Assembly (NCBI GenBank): GCA_942491185.1
Contig: CALOAB010000004.1
Location: forward strand, 327,190 to 391,189
Direction: 5' to 3'
DNA: 64,000 nucleotides
DNA from: an uncultured Alphaproteobacteria bacterium
Lineage (GTDB): Bacteria > Pseudomonadota > Alphaproteobacteria > Geminicoccales > Geminicoccaceae
Part shown: positions 40,281 to 50,505 of the stretch, piece after piece
How the letters are laid out: each line of letters starts with the position of its first letter
Position numbering within the stretch: the first letter of the stretch is position 1
Made by a program: the position numbers and the translations under genes
The notes under the pieces: generated by a model
Databases searched by the model: none
What the model was told of the DNA's origin: nothing
The model's input: only the letters and a program-made list of their open reading frames with translations

Positions 40281-40613
40281 CTAGAAACTGTTGAGATAGG
40301 CCAGAAAAGCGTCGATCTCGCTCGGCGTCATGGCGATCTCGGGCATACCAGTATGCCCCACCATGATGCCCTCGGCCAACGCCTCGGCCAGGTTCTCGAC
40401 CGGCCAGAGCGTCTTGAACGTGCGCATCGGCGGCGCCTCGGCAAGCGGGCTGGCGCCGGTTGCGCCCGTGGCATGGCAAGCGCCGCAATAGGTGTCGGCG
40501 ATGATCCGACCGCGCTCGGCCAGATCGTCTTGCGCCTTGGCTGGCACCGCGCCGCCGAGCACGATGGCCAGAAGACCCACGGCTGGCGCACACCAGGACG
40601 GTCGTCGCCACAT
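40281..40613 (-). CDS. class I c-type cytochrome
   Basis: 110 aa with a signal peptide, haem-binding CGACH and a distal Met (GHTGMPE). Confidence 0.8.
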   Translation of the reverse strand: MWRRPSWCAPAVGLLAIVLGGAVPAKAQDDLAERGRIIADTYCGACHATGATGASPLAEAPPMRTFKTLWPVENLAEALAEGIMVGHTGMPEIAMTPSEIDAFLAYLNSF

Positions 40614-40684
40614 CGCCTGTCTCCCTCTATCGCCGCATGGTGCCGGTCGCCCTATCTAAATGGGCGTCCTCGAGATTGGAACCC

Positions 40685-41434
40685 ATGCGCTTGCGCCTGC
40701 TCGTCATTATGGCCCTCGTCACCTTGCTGATCGCCTTGCCGGTCGGCATCGCTATCTGGAAGCATGGCGAGGTGCGACACTGGTCGTCCGCCCGCTGGGA
40801 CAGCGCCGGCCTGGCGCCCGACCCGACAACGACGCCCGAGGCCGTCATCCAGGCCTATTGCGCCGCGTCGTGGGGCCTCAAGGGTGCCGTCGCCGACCAT
40901 TGCTGGATCGCCTTCAAGCCCGAGCGAGCCGCCGGCTACACCCGCTACGATGTCGTCGCCTGGGGCGTGCGCAGCGGCGGCGAGGCCATCCGTGCCAATT
41001 TCCGCGGCGTGCCCGACGGCAACTGGGCGGGCAACCGACCCCGCGTGCTGCTCGACCGCCGCGGTCCCGAGGCCCAGGCACTGATCGGCGACATCGAGCG
41101 AGCGGTCCAGGACTACCCCTACCGCCACACCTATCGAACCTGGCCCGGCCCCAATTCCAACAGCTTCATGGGCTGGATCGCGCGTCAGGTGCCGGCACTG
41201 GGGCTCGATTTGCCGCCGCGGGCCATCGGCAAGGACTTCATCGGCAACAGCTTCTTTGCCAGAGCACCGAGCAACACCGGCTATCAGCTGTCCTTGGGTG
41301 GCGTGTTGAGCCTCATCGTCGCCCGGGTCGAGGGTCTCGAGCTCAACCTCTCGGGCATCACGCTCGGCATCAATCCCTTCGATCCAGCGATCACGCTGCC
41401 GGGCCTCGGCCGACTCCGGCTTTTCGGCGACTGA
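40685..41434 (+). CDS. DUF3750 domain-containing protein
   Basis: N-terminal TM, then ADHCWIAFKP...YTRYDVVAWG...YRTWPGPNSNSF matches my recollection of DUF3750. Confidence 0.65.
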   Translation: MRLRLLVIMALVTLLIALPVGIAIWKHGEVRHWSSARWDSAGLAPDPTTTPEAVIQAYCAASWGLKGAVADHCWIAFKPERAAGYTRYDVVAWGVRSGGEAIRANFRGVPDGNWAGNRPRVLLDRRGPEAQALIGDIERAVQDYPYRHTYRTWPGPNSNSFMGWIARQVPALGLDLPPRAIGKDFIGNSFFARAPSNTGYQLSLGGVLSLIVARVEGLELNLSGITLGINPFDPAITLPGLGRLRLFGD

Positions 41435-41463
41435 GCGAGCGTCTCGATCAATTTCATTGCGCA

Positions 41464-43119
41464 TCAGCCCGGGTGCAGGCGAGCCAGCAGCTCGGCGTGT
41501 TCCGGCGGCAAAGGCGGCCGCAACGCCAGGATCGATGGCCGCCGTCCGAGCCTGGTGGCTCGGGCTTCAGCAGCCTGCGCGGCCTGATCGGCACCGGAGC
41601 GCTCGAGGCACAGCGCAAGCAAGCGGTAAAACGGCCATTCGTTGGGTCGAAGCTGAATCGCCCGCTCGATCGACCGTGTCGCTTCAGCCGCGTCGCCCCA
41701 ACACAAACGTGCCGTTGCCTGCAGGAACAGCCGGTAGGACAGGAGCGGATCCGCTTCGCTCAACGAGACCGCCCTGGCAAAGCTCTGGCTCGCCCGCTCG
41801 AAATCGCCGCCGAGAAGATGCACTAAACCTTCGAGTTCGAAGCCCGGCGCATAAGCGGGGCTCAGCTGCAGGACCCAGGCGGCATCCCTGGCAGCGGCCG
41901 CATGATCAGGCTTGCCATGGATAGCAAAGAGACCGCGCGCCCAGAACGCATAGTCGCTCGCCGTCATGACCTCGACAGCCCGATCGAGATCCTCCTGCAA
42001 TCGCTCAAGCTCAGTCTCGGGCAGCGTCGCGTGACGGGAGGCTGCCAGGGAAACGACGGCCTCGCCGCGCATCGCCAACGCCATCCCATCACCGGGACTC
42101 AGGTCGAGCGCCGCTGTCACGAGTGCCAGGGCATGCTCCCGGCTTTCCATGGTGGGCTTGTAAAAGCAGCTCGCAGCCCTCGACCGCAATTCCGAGACAC
42201 TGAGGTCCCCATCCGGCAGGTGGGCGGCCCGGTCGGCATCGAACGCGTTGATGCGCAGCCGCAAGTCTGAATCCACCCGTTCGATCAGCGAATCACAAAA
42301 GGCGAAGACATCGCTGGCCTCGTCCTCATAAGTCTGCGACCAGACGGTGCCCGCTTCGCTCTTCATGATCAGCGCCAGGTGGAAGCGCCCTCTACCGTCT
42401 GCAAAGCGCAGCCGGCCGCGCAGGTGATAATCCGGATCGGCGGCGTTTGTGGACGTCGCGTCGACCAGCCGGATGCCGGTGCGGCGTGACAGCCGTTGGC
42501 TGATCTGGTCGCGCAGATCATCGGCAGCATTCCGACTTTCGCCGGTCTCCACGGTCACCGCGAAGGGTTCGACCGCAACCAGCGGTACGTCACGCGGCGA
42601 TACCGTGTCACGGTGCAGTGGCCGCCATTGAAAGGCCGTAACGGGCGAAGCGATGTTCTTGAGCTCGAACCGGCCCGCGGCACCGAAAGCCCCGGCCAGA
42701 TCGGCGCTGAGCTGCCGGTGAAGGTCCTCAGAAATGATCAGCCCGCCGGGCGGTGCCTCGGTCTGCAGCCGGGCCGTCAGATTCACACTCGCACCATGGA
42801 AATCCGTCTCGTCGAAAACGATCTCGCCGAGATGAATGGCGATCCGTAGCTTGATCGATCGATGGCCGGCAAGCCGCTCTTGGACGTCCATCGCAGACTG
42901 CACAGCCGGCGCGATCGAGGAGAAGGCGACGATCCAGCCATCGCCCGTGCGCTTGAGCACATCACCGCCGGCATCGTCGATCAACGGCTCGAAATGCTCC
43001 TTCTTGAGCGCCTCGATCGCACCGAGCGCCGCCGTCTGGTTCTCCTCCATCAGCCGCGAGAAGCCAACGAGATCAGCAACCATGATGACGGCGAGCTGGC
43101 GGTTCTCGCCTTTAGGCAT
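41464..43119 (-). CDS. soluble class III adenylate/guanylate cyclase with C-terminal TPR region
   Basis: LAVIMVADLVGFSRLME, KRTGDGWIVAF and GASVNLTARLQ form the cyclase catalytic core. No TM segment. C-terminal helical repeat region. Confidence 0.85.
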   Translation of the reverse strand: MPKGENRQLAVIMVADLVGFSRLMEENQTAALGAIEALKKEHFEPLIDDAGGDVLKRTGDGWIVAFSSIAPAVQSAMDVQERLAGHRSIKLRIAIHLGEIVFDETDFHGASVNLTARLQTEAPPGGLIISEDLHRQLSADLAGAFGAAGRFELKNIASPVTAFQWRPLHRDTVSPRDVPLVAVEPFAVTVETGESRNAADDLRDQISQRLSRRTGIRLVDATSTNAADPDYHLRGRLRFADGRGRFHLALIMKSEAGTVWSQTYEDEASDVFAFCDSLIERVDSDLRLRINAFDADRAAHLPDGDLSVSELRSRAASCFYKPTMESREHALALVTAALDLSPGDGMALAMRGEAVVSLAASRHATLPETELERLQEDLDRAVEVMTASDYAFWARGLFAIHGKPDHAAAARDAAWVLQLSPAYAPGFELEGLVHLLGGDFERASQSFARAVSLSEADPLLSYRLFLQATARLCWGDAAEATRSIERAIQLRPNEWPFYRLLALCLERSGADQAAQAAEARATRLGRRPSILALRPPLPPEHAELLARLHPG

Positions 43120-43343
43120 GCCTCCACTTCCTTGGCGTATGGCGCCTTGCTGCAGGACACGTCGTCCATAAAGCTGATGGCACCCGGACAGTGGTGGGAG
43201 GCTAGCGGATCGCTTGGTCGGGCACCAACACCCGTTTGTTCTGCCGCCGACGACGCCCTGGAATTGCCACTGACCCTGCCAAGCGTATCGGCTATAGGAT
43301 GCGGCGCCCGACCGAACAGATGCAGGCCTGAGGAAGTGCTAAG

Positions 43344-44351
43344 ATGACAGCCAAGATAGAGAGTTTCGGCGAGTTCAGGGGGCAGCCAGTCGAGCGGATC
43401 TGGCTGGAGAACGGCCAGGGCCTGCGCGCGGCTGTGCTCACCTGGGGCGGCGTCCTGCAGTCGCTCACGGCCGATGTCGATGGCATCGCGAGGCCGCTGG
43501 TGCTCGGCTTCGACGACTTCGCCGACTACCCGGCGAGATCGCCCTATTTCGGCGCCACGGTCGGCCGGTTCGGCAACCGCATCGGCGGTGCCGCTTTCAC
43601 CCTCGACGGCGTCCGCTACGAGCTCGACCCCAACGATCGCGGCCGCAACCACCTGCATGGCGGCCTCACCGGCTGGGGCAAGCGGCTCTGGAGCCTGGAG
43701 AGCGCCGAGCGATCGAGCGTCACCCTGGCGCTGACCTCGGCGGACGGCGAGATGGGCTATCCGGGCGCGGTCGAGGCGCGCTGCCGCTACCGGCTCGACG
43801 ACACCACGCTGACCATCGAGATGACGGCCACGACCTCCAAGCCGACGCCGATCAACATGGTCAATCACAGCTACTGGAACCTCGACGGCGAGGGCAGCAT
43901 CGAGGGCCATGCGCTCAGGCTCGACGCCGACCGCTATCTGCCGACGGACGAGGAGCAGATCCCGACCGGCGAGGTGCTCGCCGTCGACGGCACAGCCTTC
44001 GAGTTCCGCGAGCAGCGCCGGATCGATGCCCTGGGCACAGCCGACTACGACCACTGCATGGTGCTGACCGACAAGCCGGGCTTGCGCGAGGTGGCGCATG
44101 CCGTCTCGAGCGACGGTCGCGTCGCCATGACGCTCTGCGCCGACCAGCCGGGCGTCCAGCTCTACACCGGCTTCAAGCTCGACATCGCGACCAAGGGCGG
44201 CCGGAAGATCGGCCCGCGCGCCGGTTTCTGCCTGGAGACCGAGGGCTACCCCGACGCCCCGAACAAGCCGCATTTCCCGAGCTGTATCCTGGCGCCGGGC
44301 GAGACCTATCGCCATGTGATGCGACACGAATTCTTCGTGTCGGAGAGCTGA
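43344..44351 (+). CDS. aldose 1-epimerase (galactose mutarotase)
   Basis: 335 aa. GATVGRFGNRI, NHLHGG..G, NMVNHSYWNL and a CLETEGYPDAPN motif. Confidence 0.85.
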   Translation: MTAKIESFGEFRGQPVERIWLENGQGLRAAVLTWGGVLQSLTADVDGIARPLVLGFDDFADYPARSPYFGATVGRFGNRIGGAAFTLDGVRYELDPNDRGRNHLHGGLTGWGKRLWSLESAERSSVTLALTSADGEMGYPGAVEARCRYRLDDTTLTIEMTATTSKPTPINMVNHSYWNLDGEGSIEGHALRLDADRYLPTDEEQIPTGEVLAVDGTAFEFREQRRIDALGTADYDHCMVLTDKPGLREVAHAVSSDGRVAMTLCADQPGVQLYTGFKLDIATKGGRKIGPRAGFCLETEGYPDAPNKPHFPSCILAPGETYRHVMRHEFFVSES

Positions 44352-44354
44352 GCC

Positions 44355-45179
44355 GTGCGCCTCGCCGTCATCCAGATGAACTCGGGCCCGGACAAGACAG
44401 CGAACCTCGTGGCCGCGAAGGCGCTGATCGAGCTGGCCATCGAGCGCGAGCGGCCGGATCTGGTCAGCCTGCCCGAGACCTTCACGGTGATGGGCGGCGG
44501 TGATGCCGGCAGGATTGAAGCGGCAGAGCCGATCCCGGGCGGTGCCGCCTACACCATGCTGCAGGACCTCGCCCGCGAGCACCGGGTCAACGTCCACGGC
44601 GGCAGCTTCTTCGAGCGCCTGGCCGACGGTCGCCTGACGAACACCACCGTCGTCTTCGACCGCGCCGGCAACGAGGCGGCGCGCTACCGCAAGATCCACC
44701 TCTTCGACGTGGTCACGCCCAACGGCGAGGCCTATCGCGAGAGTGACTACACCGCACCCGGCGACGAGATTGTCACGATCGACCTCGATGGTGTGCGCAT
44801 CGGCCTGGCGATCTGCTACGATCTCCGCTTCGCCGAGTTGTTCCTCGAGCTGCGCAAGCGAGGCGCTGAGGTGATCATGGTGCCATCCGCCTTCACGCTG
44901 CAAACCGGCAAGGACCACTGGGAGGTGCTGTTGCGGGCGCGGGCGATCGAGACCCAATGCTACATCGCCGCTGCCGCGCAATGCGGCGGCTTTCCCGCCG
45001 GCCGCAGCACCCGCTACAGCTACGGCAACGCGCTGATCGCCGATCCCTGGGGCCAGGTCGTCGCCCGTGCCTCGGACCAGCCGGGCCATGCGGCGGCCGA
45101 GATCGACCGCGACTACCTGGCCGCCGTCCGGCAGCGCATTCCCGTTGAGCAGCACCGCGTTTTGGATCGCCACACATGA
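44355..45179 (+). CDS. carbon-nitrogen hydrolase family protein
   Basis: GTG start. Catalytic E (LPE), K (YRKIHLFD) and C (GLAICYDLRF) are all present. Confidence 0.85.
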   Translation: MRLAVIQMNSGPDKTANLVAAKALIELAIERERPDLVSLPETFTVMGGGDAGRIEAAEPIPGGAAYTMLQDLAREHRVNVHGGSFFERLADGRLTNTTVVFDRAGNEAARYRKIHLFDVVTPNGEAYRESDYTAPGDEIVTIDLDGVRIGLAICYDLRFAELFLELRKRGAEVIMVPSAFTLQTGKDHWEVLLRARAIETQCYIAAAAQCGGFPAGRSTRYSYGNALIADPWGQVVARASDQPGHAAAEIDRDYLAAVRQRIPVEQHRVLDRHT

Positions 45180-46084
45180 CCATCTCGATCGGCTTTGTCG
45201 GCCTCGGCTCCATGGGCTTGCCGATGGCCAGGCAGCTCCTCGCCGCGGGCCACACGGTCTACGGCTACGACGTCGCCAAAGCGCAGCTCGACGCCTTCAA
45301 GGAAGCCGGCGGCCAGCCCAAGGCCAACCCGCGCGACGTCGCCGACCTGGTCTCGCTGCTGATCCTCGTGGTCGCCACGGCCGACCAGGCCGAAGCGGCC
45401 CTCTTCGGCCCTGAAGGGGGTGCTGCATTGCTCGGCGAAGGCGGGGTCGTCGTCCTGCACAGCACCGTGCCGCCACCCTTCACCGAGAGCCTCGGGGCAC
45501 GCCTCGACGAGATGGGCCTGCTGCTCCTCGACGCACCGATCAGCGGCGGCCGGGCCGGCGCCGAGGCCGGCACGCTCACCGTCATGGCCTCGGGCAGCGA
45601 AGCGGCCTTTGCCGCCGCAGCCCCGGCGCTCGACGCCATGGCCAAGACCGTGCATCGATTGGGCGACCGGCCGGGCATCGGCTCGACCGTCAAGATGATC
45701 AACCAGCACCTCGCCGGCGTGCACATCGCGGCTGCCTGCGAGGCCATGGCGCTGGGCACGGCGGCCGGCGCCGACCCCGACAAGCTCTACGAGGTGATCA
45801 CCGGCTCGGCCGGCAATTCCTGGATGTTCACCAACCGCGTGCCGCACATCCTGGCCCGCGACTTCAGCCCGCTCTCGGCCGTCGAGATCTTCGTCAAGGA
45901 TCTCGGCATCGTGCTCGACACGGCCAAGGCCAAGCGCTTCCCGCTGCCGCTCGCGGCCATCGCCCACCAGCAGTTCATCGCCGCGGCCGCCGCCGGGTTC
46001 GGCCGCGAGGACGACAGTGCCGTGGTCAAGGTCTACGAGAGGCTCACGGGCATCGAGGTCGGCGGCCAGGGCGAGAAAGACTGA
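45176..46084 (+). CDS. NAD(P)-dependent oxidoreductase, 3-hydroxyisobutyrate dehydrogenase family
   Basis: IGFVGLGSMGLPMARQL Rossmann start and a 6PGDH-type NAD-binding plus helical C-domain. ATGA overlap with the upstream gene. Confidence 0.85.
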   Translation: MTISIGFVGLGSMGLPMARQLLAAGHTVYGYDVAKAQLDAFKEAGGQPKANPRDVADLVSLLILVVATADQAEAALFGPEGGAALLGEGGVVVLHSTVPPPFTESLGARLDEMGLLLLDAPISGGRAGAEAGTLTVMASGSEAAFAAAAPALDAMAKTVHRLGDRPGIGSTVKMINQHLAGVHIAAACEAMALGTAAGADPDKLYEVITGSAGNSWMFTNRVPHILARDFSPLSAVEIFVKDLGIVLDTAKAKRFPLPLAAIAHQQFIAAAAAGFGREDDSAVVKVYERLTGIEVGGQGEKD

Positions 46085-46087
46085 GCC

Positions 46088-47242
46088 TTGGCAACCACCC
46101 CGTCCCGTCGGTTCTTCGGCGTCGGCACGCGATTGAACGAGGTCGCCGGCTGGCTGCTGCTGGTGCTGCTCGGCCTGGGCTGCATCGTCGTGCTCCGGCC
46201 GTTCTTCCCGTCTTTGCTCTGGGCCACCATCCTGGTCTTCTCGACCTGGCCGCTGCACCAGCGGCTGAAGGCGCTGCTCGGCGGCCGCAACCTGCCCGCC
46301 TCGATGCTGATGACGCTGGTCCTGGCCGCAGCACTGATCGTGCCGACGGCGCTGCTCGCCAATGCGCTCGCCGAGACCGCCGAGGATGCCATCATGCAGC
46401 TCCGGCATCACTTCCCGGCCGACGGCACAGGTTTCGCCACACTGCCGGCCTGGATCGCCGACCTGCCGCTCATCGGCGGCCTCTTGGCCAATCTCTGGCG
46501 GGGCCTCGTCACCAACACCGGTGACCTGCTCGGCACGCTCCTGCCCTACGTGGCGCCGCTGCGCGACGCCGCGATCCGCGGCGGGCTCGGCATCGGCCGC
46601 GGCATCATCGAGCTCGCCGTCAGCGTGCTGGTCGCCTTCTTCCTCTACCGCGACGGCGCCCTTGCCGCCGAGCTGCTGCATCGTTCGGTCGGCAGTGTCG
46701 TCGGCGAGCGGGCGAAGCACCTGATCGGCGTCGCCGCCGGCACCATCCGCAGCGTCGTCTACGGGGTCATCGGCACCGCCATGATCCAGGCGATGCTGGC
46801 GCTGTTCGGCTTCTGGCTCTTGAGCGTGCCGCAGCCCTTCCTGCTCGCCACCTGCGTCTTCGTCCTCGGCCTCTTCCCGGTGGCCGGCTCATCGCTGGTC
46901 TGGATTCCGGTGATCATCTGGCAGCTGATGACCGGCCAGCTTATCGCCGGCATCATCATGGCGGTCTATGGCGCCTTGATCATCGGCGGCGTCGACAACT
47001 TCCTGAAGCCCTACCTGATCAGCCGCGGCAGCCGGATGCCGTTCCTCCTGGTCTTCTTCGGGGTCATCGGCGGGGTCATGACCTTCGGCATCCTGGGGCT
47101 CTTCCTCGGCCCGATGCTGCTGGCGCTCGGCCTGGCGCTCACCCGTGAATGGCTGGAGATGCAGGCCGCCAGCCAGCAGCTCGCCAGCGCCGGTGAATTG
47201 GAACAGTTCGAAGAAGCGCCGCGCGACAACAGGCAAAATTGA
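46088..47242 (+). CDS. AI-2E family transporter (PerM-like)
   Basis: 384 aa, about 8 TM helices, conserved GGVDNFLKPYLI and FGILGLFLGP. Non-ATG start. Confidence 0.85.
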   Translation: MATTPSRRFFGVGTRLNEVAGWLLLVLLGLGCIVVLRPFFPSLLWATILVFSTWPLHQRLKALLGGRNLPASMLMTLVLAAALIVPTALLANALAETAEDAIMQLRHHFPADGTGFATLPAWIADLPLIGGLLANLWRGLVTNTGDLLGTLLPYVAPLRDAAIRGGLGIGRGIIELAVSVLVAFFLYRDGALAAELLHRSVGSVVGERAKHLIGVAAGTIRSVVYGVIGTAMIQAMLALFGFWLLSVPQPFLLATCVFVLGLFPVAGSSLVWIPVIIWQLMTGQLIAGIIMAVYGALIIGGVDNFLKPYLISRGSRMPFLLVFFGVIGGVMTFGILGLFLGPMLLALGLALTREWLEMQAASQQLASAGELEQFEEAPRDNRQN

Positions 47243-47317
47243 CGCTCCATCGAGCCCGTCCTAGGACGCCCGGACCCTCACCCACCGTTTATTTTTCTGC
47301 AGAGCAACAAAACCGTC

Positions 47318-49580
47318 ATGCCCGAGATCTCCGCGTCGAGCCCAGCCAGCGAGGCCGCCCCGCGTTGGCCGTTCTTCCGCGACCAGCCGAGCCGAATCGA
47401 GCTCGGGCCCCGTCAGGGTCACGAGCCGAGCACCCTGCCGCCGGTCAAGATCTTCCTCGGCACCGAGGAAGCGCAGTATCGGGCCGAGCGCATCTTCTTC
47501 TACTCCATCGAGAAGGTGCGCGACCCCGCCCGCACTTATGAAATCTACCTGATGAAGAACGTGCACGGCTTCGACCGGTCGAAGTGGCGGACGGGCTTCA
47601 CCAATTATCGCTACGCCATCCCGGAGTGGGCCGGCGGCAGCGGCCGGGCGATCTACAACGACGTCGACCAGATCTACCTCGCCGACCCTGCCCTGCTCTT
47701 CGACCTCGAGATGGGCAATCACGGCTACCTCGCGATCTCCGCCAAGGACACCTCGGTCATGCTGATCGATTGCGGGCGGATGGTCGATCTCTGGAACACC
47801 AAGACCGCGGCGACCCTGGGCAAGCACGCGCTGATCGACAAGCCGTCGTCGACGCCCGGGCTCTGGGGCGAGCTCGACGGCCACTGGAACGCCCGCGACC
47901 AGGAATATGTCGAGGGCCGCACCAAATGCCTGCACTACACGGCCCTGCACCAGCAACCCTGGCAGCCCACGCCGGAGGCCTTCTCCTACCACCCGAACCC
48001 GCTGGCCTATGTCTGGCACGATCTGGAGCGTGGCGCCGACGCCGAAGGCTACCAGGTGTTCACAAGAGAAGCCCCGAGCCCCGACTTCGCCGCCACGCTC
48101 GCCTTGGCGAATGGCAGCGACGAGCCGGCACCCATACCAGGCCCACTCGCTGCGAAGCTGGCCCGGGATCTGGCAGTCGCCGACGTGCTGGCCGTGCACC
48201 TGCCGGGTCAAGCGCCGGACGCGACACTGCCCGGTGACCTCGTGACCCGCGGGCTGGCGATCGACGGCACCGACACGCATTGGCCCGAGGAAGCGGCCGA
48301 TGCGGTGGTGGCGCCCAACCTGCTGATGGCGCTGCCGCCGGCCGACCTGCCCTGGCTGCTGGACCGATTGTTCACCGCCGCTCGCAAGCTCGTCCATCTC
48401 GACGCCACAGGGATAGCGCCGGATGGTCTCGGCAGTGCCGTGTGGTGGCGCCAGCGCGTCGAGGAGATCGCCGCTCGCCACCCGGGCAAGAGCTGGTCGC
48501 TGACGGTGGCCGACAAGGGAGCACCGATCCCCGGCACCATCCGCCACTTCACCATGCGCAGCCACGACCTGCCGGCAGACGGCACGACCTTGGTGCTGCT
48601 CGACGGTCAGACCGGCAAGAACGGCGAGGTGCGGGCGCTGGGCCGTGCCCTAGCCGACGGGCTCGGGCTCGACTGCACGGAGAAGAGCTGGCGAGAAGCG
48701 CCGACGGACAACATCATGGCACCTTGGCCAACCGTCATCGTCGCCGCCGGCAGGCGCTCCGCCAATGTGGCGCTCGAGATCAAGGCAAAGAACGGTGGTG
48801 CCACGCGGGTCGTGCAGCTCGGAACCACGGGCCTGCCGCTCGAGCGCTTCGACCTGGTCGTCGCCAACCCGGCCGAGCGCCTGCCTTTTCGCCCCAACAC
48901 GACGCAGATCACGGCCCCCTTGCAGCCCGCCAATGGGCACCAGGCGGCGGCCGGCGACCATCACGTCCTGGTCATCGGCCCGAGCGCCCAGCCGTTTCGC
49001 CGCAAGACCGAGGACCTGGCCAAGCTCGCCCGAGCCTTCGTCGAGCGGCCCGAGGCACCCAAGGCCGTCTGCTTCCTGGCCGGCGTCTCGGCACAGGATC
49101 GCGCCACCGTGCTGGCCGCCACGGGTGCCGATCACCGAGCTCGTCGATGACGATCTGCAAGCCGCCATCGACAAGGCGGCCCGCCTCTACGCCACCGGCG
49201 AGGATGGCCAGACCCTCACCCGGCTGTGTGCCAGCGGCAAGCCGGTGACGCTGCTGCCATTGCCCTACTGGTATGACGGGATTCCCGGCAACAAGCTGGT
49301 GCGCAGCGCCTTGACGCTCGTGATCGGTGGCGGAACGAGCTATCGCGGCACGCCGCACCAGCAGCATCTGCTGGCTCAGTTCGTCGATGGGCTGATCGTC
49401 CGCGGCTGGACCAGACTCCCTGTGGATCCCGCACGCCTGCATCGCTCGCTGATCGCGCGCGGCCTCCTGCATCCGCTCGACGAGACCGAGCCCATGGCCT
49501 CGCCGCACCCACTCGACGACCTCGAGCGGGTGACAGCGTCGGTCCGCAGCCTCTTGACCCGAGTGCCAGAAGCCGCCTGA
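47318..49580 (+). pseudogene. GT8-like glycosyltransferase / ELM1-family fusion protein, frameshifted inside the ELM1 domain
   Basis: N-terminus: IFLGTEEAQ...YNDVDQIYLADP (GT8-like DxD). C-terminus: LVLLDGQTGKNGEVRALGRALA...VIVAAGRRSANVAL...RFDLVVANP (ELM1-like). At the GGG run 49123-49125 the frame changes and the domain continues (PITELVDDD...YATGEDGQTLTRLCASGKPVTLLPL) to the stop at 49580. Confidence 0.7.
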
Positions 49581-49721
49581 TCACGGTCCATGAGCTACTC
49601 GATTTGGGCGTTGCCGGCACGCCACTCCACGGGCCGCGAGCCCGCCGTGGTCTTGCCGTCGTGCCCTCGAGTCACTAGCTACAGAAGGTCGTTAACGGCA
49701 TCCAATAATTGGTAGTAGAAC

Positions 49722-50483
49722 ATGCTGACCTCCTGGGGACCTTGGAGCAACAAGGCCTATCACCTCGACAAGATGAGCCTGGGTGAACTGATTCGCGCCT
49801 TCTTCACCCATTACTCGATCCAGGCCTATCTGGTGCTGGCGACGCTGGCGATTGCCGTCTCGCTGCTGCTGATGACCAGCTTCTGGCAGCCGCTCATGGC
49901 CGCCATCGTGACCGCAGCACTCTACCCCCTGGTCGAGTATCTGGTGCACCGCTTCCTCTTGCACTCGACCTTCATGTTCAAGCACCGCTCGACCGCCAAG
50001 GTCTGGAAGCGGATCCACTACGACCATCACCAGAACCCGCACGACCTCTCGGTGCTGTTCGGTGCGCTCTACACGACGCTGCCGACCATAGCACTGATCG
50101 CCCTGCCGCTGGGGTGGCTGGTCGCCGGCCCGTCCGGCGCCTTCGCCGCGTTCGCTGCCGCCTGCATCGTGTTTTGCGGCTACGAGTTCGTCCACTGCGT
50201 CCAGCATCTGCCGTTCACCCCAAGCCTCGGCTGGCTACGCAACCTGAAGAAGCGGCATCTGGCCCACCACTTCCACAACGAGCACGGCAATTTCGGCATC
50301 ACCAGCAATGTCTGGGATCACGTCTTCGGCACGTTCTACGCCCAGCCGAAGGACCAGCCGAAGAGCGCCACCGTGCACAATCTCGGCTACACCAGCGACG
50401 CCCGCGCGCAATGGCCGTGGGTGGCGGAGCTATCGGCCGACGACGACACCTACGCCATCCGTCGCCGCCGCCGCGCCGCCTGA
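49722..50483 (+). CDS. fatty acid hydroxylase / sterol desaturase family protein
   Basis: 253-aa membrane protein with histidine boxes HRFLLH, HYDHHQNPHD and HLAHHFHNEH. Confidence 0.8.
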   Translation: MLTSWGPWSNKAYHLDKMSLGELIRAFFTHYSIQAYLVLATLAIAVSLLLMTSFWQPLMAAIVTAALYPLVEYLVHRFLLHSTFMFKHRSTAKVWKRIHYDHHQNPHDLSVLFGALYTTLPTIALIALPLGWLVAGPSGAFAAFAAACIVFCGYEFVHCVQHLPFTPSLGWLRNLKKRHLAHHFHNEHGNFGITSNVWDHVFGTFYAQPKDQPKSATVHNLGYTSDARAQWPWVAELSADDDTYAIRRRRRAA

Positions 50484-50505
50484 ACTCGGCAAGACGGAGC
50501 ATGGC

